IMG/VR virus record: IMGVR_UViG_3300038679_000051
Location: 32,001-96,000 of that record
DNA from: a virus
Taxonomy: Duplodnaviria; Caudoviricetes
DNA length: 64,000 nucleotides
Strand: one strand, 5' to 3'
In this document: one piece after another, positions 1 to 8,908 of the stretch
How positions within the stretch are numbered: the first letter of the stretch is position 1
Layout: the number at the start of each line of letters is the position of its first letter
Notes under the pieces: generated by a model
The model's database searches: none
Seen by the model: only the letters and a program-made list of their open reading frames with translations
Told to the model about the DNA's origin: nothing
Position numbers and translations under genes: made by a program

Positions 1-159
1 TGGCATGTCGCAAAGGCTCGGCTTGAATTGGCTAGTCTCAAATGTCACAAAGGCCCGGAATGGCTTGTCACGGACTGTACCGACTTGTCACATGGACGTC
101 TATTCTTTTTATGCTCGTTCGTCAATTTTCTAGGATTCTTGACCAAATATATTTTATGA
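1..159 (+). CDS. 3' end of a gene truncated by the window edge (hypothetical)
   Basis: Frame 1 is open from base 1 to TGA 157-159, which overlaps the ATG (156) of the next gene (ATGA coupling). Confidence 0.4.
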   Translation, partial: WHVAKARLELASLKCHKGPEWLVTDCTDLSHGRLFFLCSFVNFLGFLTKYIL

Positions 160-1325
160 TAGGCACTACTAAATATATTGAATTGGTTGCCGTTAGACAG
201 CATGGCAGCGTCACCATAAGCAATGGTAACGTCCGTGAAATTTATACACCTACGTTTGGCATGGTGATTAGGGACGTCGTCTGGAAAGCGAATTTGAATC
301 CATCTGATTTTGATGTTTGGGTGCCTGATTATGAGCACATGAATCTTAAACAAGCTGGTGTGATGGATCCGGTCACCAATGGTGACGTAATCGTATTGAC
401 GCACATTGCATTTGGGATGGATTATAAAAAAGCCACTGAGGCATATGCATTGCTCAAATCAATCATGCCCAGTAGATATGCCGTCTTTAGGGAATCCGAC
501 CCTGGTTCTGGCTCTGACATACCGTCCAAGGTCCCGCCACACGCCATCATCAGCCTTACCGAACGTTTTGGCGATGCGCCGTTGGACGTTTTGTTCGATG
601 CGTCTGGGTCATATGATGAAATCGTTTCAATAACTGAATATGAGTGGAATTTTGGTGACGGCAACAAATCATCTGAACCGGTGGTTGACCATCAATATCA
701 GAAAAATGGTGCTTTCACGGTCACGCTGACCGTGAAAAATGATTTGGGCATGATCGGCAGTACGACCAGACAGATATTGGTCGGTCCAGCCAACGTTCCG
801 ACGGCAGCAGATCAATCGGTTGCCACGGTGGTCAACAGGAGCGTCAACATAACTTTAGTGGCGAATGATCCACAGGGACGTAGTTTGACGTATTCGGTTG
901 TTAGGGTGCCATTGCATGGTACGCTTACTGGCATGGCACCTAATTTGACATATACGCCAAATGCCACATACGAAGGTGATGACGACTTCATTTTCAAGGC
1001 CAATAATGGGGCAGTAGACACTAACTCTGCGACCGTCAGCATCTCCATCAAATCTTCTGAGACGCCAGAAATTATCTCAGGACCTACTGTGACGCCGGAT
1101 TCAGTCAGCATGGATGAACCGGTATATTTTGGAATATCTGCCATTTCCACCAGTCCGATTGCCTTAAGATATATGTGGAATTTCGGCGATGGCAACATAT
1201 CTACTGTACAGAATCCAATGCATACATATGCATCGTCGGGGACGTTTATAGCGACCGTGACCATTAGCGTGGGCAACAGCACGACGGTGAAAACGGTTGC
1301 GGCGATTAGTGTCTTAGTAGGCTAA
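156..1325 (+). CDS. PKD-domain / Ig-like (Big_9-type) repeat protein
   Basis: Two PKD signatures (YEWNFGDG, YMWNFGDG...NPMHTYASSGTF) flank a cadherin-like/Big_9 unit (PTAADQSV...ANDPQGRSLTYSVVRVPLHGTL...YTPNATYEGDDDFIFKANNG). Start placed at the ATGA overlap. Confidence 0.75.
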   Translation: MIGTTKYIELVAVRQHGSVTISNGNVREIYTPTFGMVIRDVVWKANLNPSDFDVWVPDYEHMNLKQAGVMDPVTNGDVIVLTHIAFGMDYKKATEAYALLKSIMPSRYAVFRESDPGSGSDIPSKVPPHAIISLTERFGDAPLDVLFDASGSYDEIVSITEYEWNFGDGNKSSEPVVDHQYQKNGAFTVTLTVKNDLGMIGSTTRQILVGPANVPTAADQSVATVVNRSVNITLVANDPQGRSLTYSVVRVPLHGTLTGMAPNLTYTPNATYEGDDDFIFKANNGAVDTNSATVSISIKSSETPEIISGPTVTPDSVSMDEPVYFGISAISTSPIALRYMWNFGDGNISTVQNPMHTYASSGTFIATVTISVGNSTTVKTVAAISVLVG

Positions 1326-1341
1326 GAAGTAAATAACTTTG

Positions 1342-1881
1342 ATGATTACTTTCGTCATACCGACCATAGGTCGATCAACTTTAATGCGATCTATTGATTC
1401 GCTACGTGCACAGACTGATCAAAATTGGAAAGCCATAATAGCCTTTGATACAATAGAACCGACTTTGTTGTCTGATGAAAAATTGAAGATCATTAAGGTG
1501 CGGCCGACCGGTCAATGGCGTGCTGGAGCAGTTCGGAATGCTGCTATCGATCTTGTAGAATCACCATGGGTAGGTCTATTGGATGATGACGATACCATAT
1601 GCCCGAATTATGTTGAGACGCATATGAAAATGATAAATGATGATTCTGCAGCTGACATTTTCTTATATAAGATGCTCAACCAAGATGGCAGAACGTTGCC
1701 TGACGTGCCAGATCTGCGTTGTAACCATGTTGGGATATCGTTCGCCTTCCGCAAACGGGTGTTTGAGAAGGTTAAGTTTAGGCAGATGAAATGTGAAGAT
1801 TTGGATTTTCTGCGTACTGCGAGAGTGAGGGGCTTTCGCATAAAGTTCGCCGACGCCGTCCTCTACAGGGTGAAACAATGA
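1342..1881 (+). CDS. GT2-family glycosyltransferase
   Basis: N-terminal ITFVIPTIGR, AGAVRNAAIDL, DxD motif LLDDDD, and ED motif (CEDLDF). Confidence 0.85.
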   Translation: MITFVIPTIGRSTLMRSIDSLRAQTDQNWKAIIAFDTIEPTLLSDEKLKIIKVRPTGQWRAGAVRNAAIDLVESPWVGLLDDDDTICPNYVETHMKMINDDSAADIFLYKMLNQDGRTLPDVPDLRCNHVGISFAFRKRVFEKVKFRQMKCEDLDFLRTARVRGFRIKFADAVLYRVKQ

Positions 1882-2573
1882 TCATAATTACGGTAAGTCA
1901 TGATGCTAAGAATTTCGTTGAATTGTGCATTAAAGCGGTGCATCATTACACGAAGGGTGAACATCTACATCTAGTGATCGACAATGGTTCGCAGTTGGAT
2001 GCATTGAAATTGCTGCGCGGGTTTGCCAATAAAAAATGGATACAATTAATTGAGCGAAAATTATCTAAGAATGCTTCCGGACATGCATTGTCATTAGATT
2101 GGATCTTGAAAAATTATTATAATTTTGGTGATAAGTTCGTATGTTTAATGGATTCTGACGCTCATCCATCATCACATGGTTGGGACGTTGAATTATTGAA
2201 GCGGATGGAAGGGCATTCTGCTATTGGCTGCGTGCATTTCCGTGACGATAAATTGTTGCATCCATCGACGATGATTTTCAAACATGCAGAATATAAACGA
2301 ATTGGATGTCCAAGCTTTAGAATCATAAAGAATCAGGACGGTTTTATGGATACTGGCATGATTGTTTGTAAGGAGATGATTAAGCAAGGATTGAAATTAT
2401 TGCCGATGAGCAGAGAGGAAATGGCACAATTCGTACGCCATAGATGGTGCGCTACGCGCCGTGAATTAGTGACTGGTGACAAACTCGACGATCAACCTAC
2501 GGCCAAATACGACGAAGAAACGATGGCGTTTTTGGCACACCCATCGGCGCGGGAGGCATTGCAACATGCATAA
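1878..2573 (+). CDS. GT2/GT-A fold glycosyltransferase-like protein
   Basis: IIITVSHD...LVIDNGS, GHALSLD, CLMDSDAH (DxD); coupled to the previous gene by ATGA. Confidence 0.75.
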   Translation: MIIITVSHDAKNFVELCIKAVHHYTKGEHLHLVIDNGSQLDALKLLRGFANKKWIQLIERKLSKNASGHALSLDWILKNYYNFGDKFVCLMDSDAHPSSHGWDVELLKRMEGHSAIGCVHFRDDKLLHPSTMIFKHAEYKRIGCPSFRIIKNQDGFMDTGMIVCKEMIKQGLKLLPMSREEMAQFVRHRWCATRRELVTGDKLDDQPTAKYDEETMAFLAHPSAREALQHA

Positions 2574-3276
2574 ATTTCTGTTTTTGTCATTATTATTGTC
2601 ATTCATACCCGGTTGTCTCAATCCGACGCAACGCATGGATCCGCAACCAATTGTGATTACGCACAAGGAACCGGACGTTAAGGTCGCAACTAGGGACGAT
2701 CTAACGACGAGCACCAATTCATTGCAGACGCAAATTCAGGGCATTGGTGCAACCATAGGTCAATTGGCTAATAAAATGTCATTAGTCGAAGGCGATTTAT
2801 TGAAGATACAAAATTCGTTGGAGATTAAAGCCAGTGCAACGGCGATTGCTGAATTGCAGACCGACGTTCGTGCATCAATTAAAGCGATTACTGACGTTAA
2901 ATTGCAATTCGACGCTGAAATCAATGCCATTACCGACATTAAAGCACAATTGAATGCCCAAGCCAATTTATTTGCACAACTTGAGGCTAAATTGCAGGGA
3001 CAAGTTGGCTTATCCAATAAAATAGATGAATTGAAGAATGAAGTCAGTTCTGGTCGTGATAGCGTGGTCACGACCATTCAATTTACTGACAACGTAATGA
3101 AGACGATCATCTACGGCAATTTATTTTATGCCGGAATAATCATAGTGATCGTGGTATCCATATGCGTCGTCATAATTGTGTTAATGTCCAATTCTAGAAA
3201 GCGTGCTGAAGATCGATACAAGATGGAACGTGATCATCGGATGACGTTTAACGTTCAAAGAGGGGGAACGCAATGA
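2566..3276 (+). CDS. Predicted lipoprotein with coiled coil and C-terminal TM helix (unimolecular-spanin-like topology)
   Basis: GGGAGG RBS; MHKFLFLSLLLSFIPGC signal/lipobox-like (Cys17); long heptad region; TM YAGIIIVIVVSICVVIIVLM followed by a basic tail. Confidence 0.6.
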   Translation: MHKFLFLSLLLSFIPGCLNPTQRMDPQPIVITHKEPDVKVATRDDLTTSTNSLQTQIQGIGATIGQLANKMSLVEGDLLKIQNSLEIKASATAIAELQTDVRASIKAITDVKLQFDAEINAITDIKAQLNAQANLFAQLEAKLQGQVGLSNKIDELKNEVSSGRDSVVTTIQFTDNVMKTIIYGNLFYAGIIIVIVVSICVVIIVLMSNSRKRAEDRYKMERDHRMTFNVQRGGTQ

Positions 3277-3692
3277 AAAAAGTGAAAATGAAGAAAATCA
3301 AATTTGACGTTAAAGCTAGACCAGAATATCGAGACGTGCCAAAATACGCGAAACTTGGGGAGGAGCCAATTGAGGGGCAAATAGTTGACGCATGGTACAT
3401 TAACAAAGACGATTTGAAACCGTTCGATCCTGGTGCATATTTTCAAACGTCTGGTGAGGCAGTGGCAAAAGGCATAAAGATGTTGTCGGATGCTCATAAA
3501 TTCGTTGGACGATTGCAATCATTGGTATCGAAATTAAAGAAGACGAAAGCTAACAATAAATTTTTAGAAGTCGGACATGATGATTTCCAGATCGTATGTA
3601 AAAACAAGAATCCCAGAGTATTCAAGAAAAAAGAAGATAGGAAGATTAAGAAGAAACCCGAAGAGGACGATTGGGGAACGTCATGGCATTAA
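3273..3692 (+). CDS. Basic hypothetical protein
   Basis: 139-aa ORF coupled by ATGA, with GGGGG RBS. Confidence 0.6.
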   Translation: MKKVKMKKIKFDVKARPEYRDVPKYAKLGEEPIEGQIVDAWYINKDDLKPFDPGAYFQTSGEAVAKGIKMLSDAHKFVGRLQSLVSKLKKTKANNKFLEVGHDDFQIVCKNKNPRVFKKKEDRKIKKKPEEDDWGTSWH

Positions 3693-4273
3693 TATCCATC
3701 ATTACGCCAACTCATAAACGAAATCCAATTATCCTAGAAAGATGTTTTATATCAGTAGAAAGACAGACATATGATCAATGGGAACATTTGGTCGTTGCCG
3801 ATGGCGGTGATCTCAACGCTAAGAATATGATCATCGTGGGAAACAATGACAAGAGATCATATCATGAAATTGAACGTAGGGGCGGTTATGGTGCAGCGGT
3901 GCGTCAAGCAGCCTTGGATAAAGCCAAAGGCAAATATTTAGTTTTTCTAGATGATGATAACATAATCTTTCCAACGTTTTTAGAAAAGATGATCAGTGCC
4001 CTGGAGAGTGCAAAAGACGACGAAAAATTCGCGATTTGTCAGATGCTGCATTTTGGGCCGGTACAACCATTTCTTGGACCGCCACCAATCGTATTGGAAG
4101 GAATTCCGAAGATGTATCACATTGATACGCTTCAAATAATGATTGACAAAGAGGCATTTATGTCGGTTGGATGGCAAGGTAACGATTATTTTTCAGATGG
4201 TAGGACATATGAAATGTTGGGCAGCAAATTCAAATACGTGAAAGTTCCGGAAGTGTTGTGTGTACATCTATGA
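3683..4273 (+). CDS. GT2-family glycosyltransferase
   Basis: LISIITPTH...SVERQTYDQWEHLVVADG, GAAVRQAALDKAKGKYLVFLDDDN. Confidence 0.9.
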   Translation: MALISIITPTHKRNPIILERCFISVERQTYDQWEHLVVADGGDLNAKNMIIVGNNDKRSYHEIERRGGYGAAVRQAALDKAKGKYLVFLDDDNIIFPTFLEKMISALESAKDDEKFAICQMLHFGPVQPFLGPPPIVLEGIPKMYHIDTLQIMIDKEAFMSVGWQGNDYFSDGRTYEMLGSKFKYVKVPEVLCVHL

Positions 4274-4282
4274 GGATCAAAC

Positions 4283-5485
4283 ATGGCTAATAATTTGGTC
4301 ACGGTCTTGTTAATTGGTATGAATGACGCCAAACCACATACGACTGAACGCAATGGTACGTTGGGTTTTGAATGTCATTATTTGGACAATGATGAAAATC
4401 TCGAACGAGCGTTAGTTGAACATCATCCACAAGTAATCGTCACTTTCGGTGACGTCCGATCATATAAGAGATTATGGAATGCACCAATTGAGATTAGAAA
4501 ACGTTGGCTCAATTTTGATAAACCAATCGATCCGCTTAAATTAGGTTCATCTATCTTAAGTTGTTATGCGATCAATGCAACCGGTAGAATTTTTGGTGAA
4601 TTGCCATTGATGTCCATCATTACGCCGACGTATAGAACTGGGCGTAAGATATTCCGACCGTTCAATTCATTGATGCAACAAACTTATAAGAACTGGGAAT
4701 GGGTCATCTTTGATGATTCTATGGATGATGATAAGACATATAATGAGATGTGCCATTTGGCTAAGCAAGATCATCGCATTTCGGTTTATAAAGCACACAG
4801 ACATTGCGGCGTGATTGGTGAATTGAAACGACGTGCCGCGATGTTGTCAAAAGGTGATTACATAGTTGAATTGGATCATGATGATGAACTTACACATGAA
4901 TGCCTGGATTATGTCATTGAGGCATTCAAACAATTTAATGACGCCGGTTTTGCTTATGGAGATTGTGCAGAGATATATGACGATGGACGCAATAGGACAT
5001 ATGGCCGATGGGCGTTCGATTATGGCAGTTATCGCAAAGAAATTTATGATGGTAGGGAATTGTTTGTGACTAATTATCCAAACATCAATTCTAAAACCAT
5101 CCGACACATTGTCGGCGTACCAAATCACGTCCGCGCATGGCGTAAAGATGATTATTTCGTAATTGGTGGTCACGGTAGCGACGTTCACGTCGCTGACGAT
5201 TATGAATTGTTGTTACGGACGTTTTTATATACGCCAATGATCAAAATACCAAAACTTACGTACATACAATATCATAACAGAAATGGTGGCGGCAATACGC
5301 AGATGTCTAGAAATGCAGAGATACAACGGTTGGTAAGACAATTCTCACATCATTATAATAAAGAGATCCATGATCGATTCATGGAATTGGGCGTCGATGA
5401 TTTCATTTGGGCGGAGAATGGACTAAATTGGAACGTTCCAAATAAGGACCCAGAATCAATCGCCAATTATGTGGCAGTTTTTTGA
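4283..5485 (+). CDS. GT2-family glycosyltransferase with extra N-terminal domain
   Basis: MSIITPTY...QQTYKNWEWVIFDDS, SKGDYIVELDHDD, ADDYELLLRTF; ~110-aa N-terminal extension. Confidence 0.9.
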   Translation: MANNLVTVLLIGMNDAKPHTTERNGTLGFECHYLDNDENLERALVEHHPQVIVTFGDVRSYKRLWNAPIEIRKRWLNFDKPIDPLKLGSSILSCYAINATGRIFGELPLMSIITPTYRTGRKIFRPFNSLMQQTYKNWEWVIFDDSMDDDKTYNEMCHLAKQDHRISVYKAHRHCGVIGELKRRAAMLSKGDYIVELDHDDELTHECLDYVIEAFKQFNDAGFAYGDCAEIYDDGRNRTYGRWAFDYGSYRKEIYDGRELFVTNYPNINSKTIRHIVGVPNHVRAWRKDDYFVIGGHGSDVHVADDYELLLRTFLYTPMIKIPKLTYIQYHNRNGGGNTQMSRNAEIQRLVRQFSHHYNKEIHDRFMELGVDDFIWAENGLNWNVPNKDPESIANYVAVF

Positions 5486-5865
5486 ATTAATGCAATTAGA
5501 CATGATCCTAGATTGTTCAGGACATGTTTTAAATATTTTTCAGAATACCCTGAATCAAATAATCTGTAAAATATGACGCAATATCGATCGTCTTGCATAT
5601 AATTTAAACCGAATTGTTGCGTGATTACTGGTATTAGTGGTGAATCTAGTTCTTGTCTACCGTCATAATATATCTTAATGTCTATAAATGACGTATTGCC
5701 GATTTTGGTCAATATTATGCTTGGTGGGCAAAGGGATTCTCGACTTCCCATTTTCCTGGTCATCATCACCGATTTAATCGTTCCACCATTTGATGTGATG
5801 ATGATATATCCAAGAGATTCAAGCATCTTAATTAATGCATTCATGTAATTATATACGTTAAACAT
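5467..5865 (-). CDS. Hypothetical protein
   Basis: AT-rich ORF; start probably 5865 or 5844. The open extension to 6045 runs through the GC-rich structured element. Confidence 0.5.
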   Translation of the reverse strand: MFNVYNYMNALIKMLESLGYIIITSNGGTIKSVMMTRKMGSRESLCPPSIILTKIGNTSFIDIKIYYDGRQELDSPLIPVITQQFGLNYMQDDRYCVIFYRLFDSGYSEKYLKHVLNNLGSCLIALIQKTAT

Positions 5866-5894
5866 AATGATGGACCCATGTGAGGTATCACGCA

Positions 5895-6023
5895 GCCGGG
5901 TGACGTGACCGAGGGCGGGTCTGAGGTTTAGCGATCTGAACCTCGCTTCTCCCCATATCTCCGGCAGACCATGGTGGTACTCGTCACTGAATGGTTGACC
6001 CGCCGGTCGGTCTAAAGGCCGGC
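5895..6023 (+). ncRNA. Candidate structured RNA (multi-helix, possible pseudoknot), family unknown
   Basis: GACCGA/TCGGTC plus GGCGGGTC/GACCCGCC closing stem; hairpins GAGGTTTAG-CGAT-CTGAACCTC and GACCAT/ATGGTT; GTGACG (5900-5905) complementary to loop CGTCAC (5982-5987). G-U wobbles work on the + strand. Confidence 0.45.
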
Positions 6024-6075
6024 AATAAATAACATTGGCAAACATAAAAATGGGACATATAACTGGAGGAATGAG

Positions 6076-6564
6076 ATGAACATCAGCGATCGTATAATGT
6101 CGGCATTAGCTGAAGCAATACCGATACCAACCAAGGAAACTATAGCGAGAAGGAAGGAAGAGGTGGCTGACGCAGAGGCAGAAGTTGCTTCTGATCCAGC
6201 AGACATTGATACTGCGTCCGAATTTTTGGGCATAGCACCAGAAACGCCGGAAACGCCACCGGATGCACCAGGAGCACCGCCGCCGCCAGGAGAAGTACCG
6301 GGAGCGCCAGAGGCAGCACCACCGGTAGCGCCAGAGGCAGCACCACCGGTAGCACCAGAGGCAGGAGAAATAACAGGACCGGAAAAGACTGAACGAATCG
6401 ACATGCGGATCAAGCCATCGGATAAATCAGAAATTGAAGCAGCGGCTAGTAATCTTGGTTTGACTGTTTCGGCTTATGTCATGTTTTTACATAAGAGTTA
6501 TGGTGGTAGGGTCGGTATGCCACAGCCACAGCAGCCACAGCAGCCACAAGGCTCAATACAATAA
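6076..6564 (+). CDS. Ribbon-helix-helix DNA-binding protein with Pro/Ala/Glu-rich disordered N-terminus
   Basis: GGAGG RBS; TERIDMRIKPSDKSEIEAAASNLGLTVSAYV matches the RHH pattern; APEAAPPV repeats. Confidence 0.7.
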   Translation: MNISDRIMSALAEAIPIPTKETIARRKEEVADAEAEVASDPADIDTASEFLGIAPETPETPPDAPGAPPPPGEVPGAPEAAPPVAPEAAPPVAPEAGEITGPEKTERIDMRIKPSDKSEIEAAASNLGLTVSAYVMFLHKSYGGRVGMPQPQQPQQPQGSIQ

Positions 6565-6762
6565 ATCTAATGGTATGTCGTCGTATCTTCGTTTTAATAA
6601 TGGTGGTAACCGATTGCCAACTTTTGTCGGTTTAATTCTATTATTGTCATTAATTGGTCGCCCAAAGTCCTTGTTGGATATTCTACGAATATTGCAGCTC
6701 CTACAGTAGCCACTCCTATTCCTAGCGTAAATTTCTTTTTTGCAAACGACACATCGCCTCAT
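6553..6762 (-). CDS. Small Cys-rich (CxxC...CxxC) protein
   Basis: MRRCVVCKKEIYARNRSGYCRSC; GGAGAAG RBS. Confidence 0.55.
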   Translation of the reverse strand: MRRCVVCKKEIYARNRSGYCRSCNIRRISNKDFGRPINDNNRIKPTKVGNRLPPLLKRRYDDIPLDLLY

Positions 6763-6778
6763 GTTCTTCTCCGTTCGG

Positions 6779-6851
6779 TAGTCCCAGAAGGATTCGAACC
6801 TTCGACCGAGGGATTATGAGTCCCCTGCTCTCACCGCTGAGCTATGGGACC
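6779..6851 (-). tRNA. tRNA with CAU anticodon, most likely tRNA-Ile2 (lysidine-modified)
   Basis: GGTCCCATAGCTCAGCGGTGAGAGCAGGGGACTCATAATCCCTCGGTCGAAGGTTCGAATCCTTCTGGGACTA folds as a cloverleaf. It has C4-G69/C5-G68 and A73 and lacks the initiator GGG/CCC triad. G1-U72 wobble; CCA not encoded (CCG). Confidence 0.92.
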
Positions 6852-7144
6852 TTAGTTGTTTTCTTCTGTGCCCAACACATTAATAATGCCCCATTACCAT
6901 ATGGTTTACCACCATGGTTCGGACCTATCAAGGTGATGCCCTTGTCACAAATGCTTTCAACGACAAAAGGTATTTTAGGTATGCCATGATGAAACCCCAT
7001 GTCTTGAAAATACGGGATTTCATTGTCTGGAAATTGTATTGTACAACCGACTAATGGATGTGCATTGTCGGCTATTGTTTGGGCCACAAGATTTTTAACT
7101 TCCCTGCGTATCTGGTCCATGATTTCTTTCTCGTCCATCTTCAT
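6842..7144 (-). CDS. Hypothetical protein between tmRNA and tRNA
   Basis: ORF with AAAGGG RBS; its TAG lies inside the tRNA 5' end. Confidence 0.6.
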   Translation of the reverse strand: MKMDEKEIMDQIRREVKNLVAQTIADNAHPLVGCTIQFPDNEIPYFQDMGFHHGIPKIPFVVESICDKGITLIGPNHGGKPYGNGALLMCWAQKKTTKVP

Positions 7145-7160
7145 GCCCTTTCGTTTTTTG

Positions 7161-7541
7161 TGGAGGCGAGGGGAATCGAACCCCTGTCCCAAAAGAATTC
7201 CGACTCGACCGCTACATGTTTAGCACCATTTTAATCTTTTGCTTTCCTCTTTATGGTGCGACGCTGGAAAGCTACGGTTCCATTGATCTTACATGTTTCA
7301 CCTGGAACAACGGTTTGACATGCCAGTTCGTTTCGGTTACGCGTCTTAGGCGACCACGAACGGGGTCATCCTAAAACACGTCGCTGTTCTTAGGCAGCGA
7401 AGGCAACGCCCTTGCGAGCGTTGACTGCAAAGATGTTCTCTTTGGCAGTTGAAAGTTTGTGGATTTGATTTAAGAGAGATTCCACTGCTCTCTACATGCT
7501 GTCGAAATCTTCCTTCAAATGGTCGAAACCTTTGCGCCCCC
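7161..7541 (-). ncRNA. ssrA: tmRNA (one-piece), tag (A)AKENIFAVNARKGVAFAA*
   Basis: 5' GGGGGCGCAAAGGTTTCGAC pairs with 3' CGCCTCC-A (G3-U70 Ala identity); T-arm AGGGG-TTCGATT-CCCCT; resume context AACT-GCC; tag ORF 7390-7446 ends in AA-stop. Confidence 0.93.
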
Positions 7542-7552
7542 TTTCTGTTATC

Positions 7553-7603
7553 AAAGAAAAACAGAAGAGTTGTGCAGACAGAACATCAAATCTGCACAAC
7601 TCT
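7553..7603 (-). terminator. Intrinsic terminator / processing hairpin just upstream of the tmRNA
   Basis: 13-bp perfect stem AGAGTTGTGCAGA (7566-7578) / TCTGCACAACTCT (7591-7603), followed by a T-rich tract on the minus strand. Confidence 0.6.
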
Positions 7604-7634
7604 ATCTGCCGAACAAACCCATTGAATCACAACA

Positions 7635-8009
7635 TTATTTTCTTTCAGTAAGGGCTTTTCTAAATATCCAATATTCTTCAATTTCACCCTTCCTTCTGAT
7701 TTTTACCACGTCAGAAAAAAAGCCGCCTGACTCTACGATAAAAACTTCTTGACCGCCTTTGAAATCCATAATGGTTCCACGTAAAACACCAGCAGTGATT
7801 GCTTTTACAAACGCTTCTTTATCCTCTCGGATGAGATATTCCACGATTTTGTCATGTTCTTCTTGCGTTGTACAACCAAACCATGTTCCCTTAGTTATGA
7901 TTCTATGTGACAACGGTTTCTCTTCACGCACAATCAATTCTTTTTCGTTCCGTTCACTGCAAAATGAAAAAGAACAAGCGAATATCAAAACAAATAGAAA
8001 TTTTTTCAT
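7635..8009 (-). CDS. Exported/lipoprotein-like hypothetical protein
   Basis: MKKFLFVLIFACSFSFC signal-peptide-like start. Confidence 0.6.
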   Translation of the reverse strand: MKKFLFVLIFACSFSFCSERNEKELIVREEKPLSHRIITKGTWFGCTTQEEHDKIVEYLIREDKEAFVKAITAGVLRGTIMDFKGGQEVFIVESGGFFSDVVKIRRKGEIEEYWIFRKALTERK

Positions 8010-8028
8010 GGTTTTAACCTTTCTTTTC

Positions 8029-8634
8029 TCAAAGCTCCCCAACATCTTTATCTATCGATTTACACAATTCTATGATCTTGCAACGATTGCATGTTGGCAA
8101 CTTCTTTCCATATTCATCCCAACACTCGCAAATTAATTCCTTTGCGAGGTCTTTGATCTTGCTAAGTGATGTCTCCAATTCATTGATGTGCACGACAACT
8201 TTACCGTGCATCTCTTCTACGTCTTCGCAATCCGCGCAACAGTCGTTCACGCAGGTTACGTAACTCCCGACGATCTCAAATTTATGACTCATTTTTACTT
8301 CTCCTAGTTCTTCCAACAGCTCCTTATGTAGTTCTTGTTTGTTGTAAAAATCCAAGAATTCTACGCGCCAACCAATAGGTGCACCATCATCAATCATTGC
8401 TGTGCAACATGGACGACCTTCGTTGTCTATCCAAGCCGTTTCAAACGTATTATTGTTCAATATCTCTATTTTTGATGCTGCTCGCAAATCAGGGTCGTTG
8501 CCATTATGATAATTGTCCAGTATTTCTGACATTAAACTCTTTATGGCATATGTAAAATCGATGGACAAGTCCATCCCTGCTTTTTGCCATTGATGATATT
8601 TCATTTGAAGTTTGTCATGTTCCTCAAATGTCAT
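8029..8634 (-). CDS. Hypothetical protein
   Basis: AAAGGAG RBS before MTFEEH; Cys-rich C-terminal half. Confidence 0.6.
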   Translation of the reverse strand: MTFEEHDKLQMKYHQWQKAGMDLSIDFTYAIKSLMSEILDNYHNGNDPDLRAASKIEILNNNTFETAWIDNEGRPCCTAMIDDGAPIGWRVEFLDFYNKQELHKELLEELGEVKMSHKFEIVGSYVTCVNDCCADCEDVEEMHGKVVVHINELETSLSKIKDLAKELICECWDEYGKKLPTCNRCKIIELCKSIDKDVGEL

Positions 8635-8908
8635 TAGAATCTCCTTTAACGTCGTATTGTTTACATCGTTTGTCCCACGATATAACCTTGCCGCCATCTT
8701 TAAAACATATCCTGCAATAATTTCTAAAACCTTTTATTTTGCTTGGTGCTTTAATTAAGTGTCTATTAGAAATATATTCATCATGCCCACCGCATACCGT
8801 GGTCTTACCATCAACCGTCGCATGGATCAATGATGGTTGACCGGTAGAATCCAACCATGATATTCGTTGACATTGTTTTGACATCATTTCTCCTAAAATT
8901 TCGCTCAT
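8624..8908 (-). CDS. Hypothetical protein (His/Cys cluster)
   Basis: H...TVCGGH...CRIC; co-oriented with neighbours. Confidence 0.5.
   Translation of the reverse strand: MSEILGEMMSKQCQRISWLDSTGQPSLIHATVDGKTTVCGGHDEYISNRHLIKAPSKIKGFRNYCRICFKDGGKVISWDKRCKQYDVKGDSNDI

Noticed and set aside
1-100. TGTC(A/G)C direct repeats resembling iterons
   Set aside because: Imperfect and irregularly spaced, and they lie in an open reading frame coupled to the next gene.
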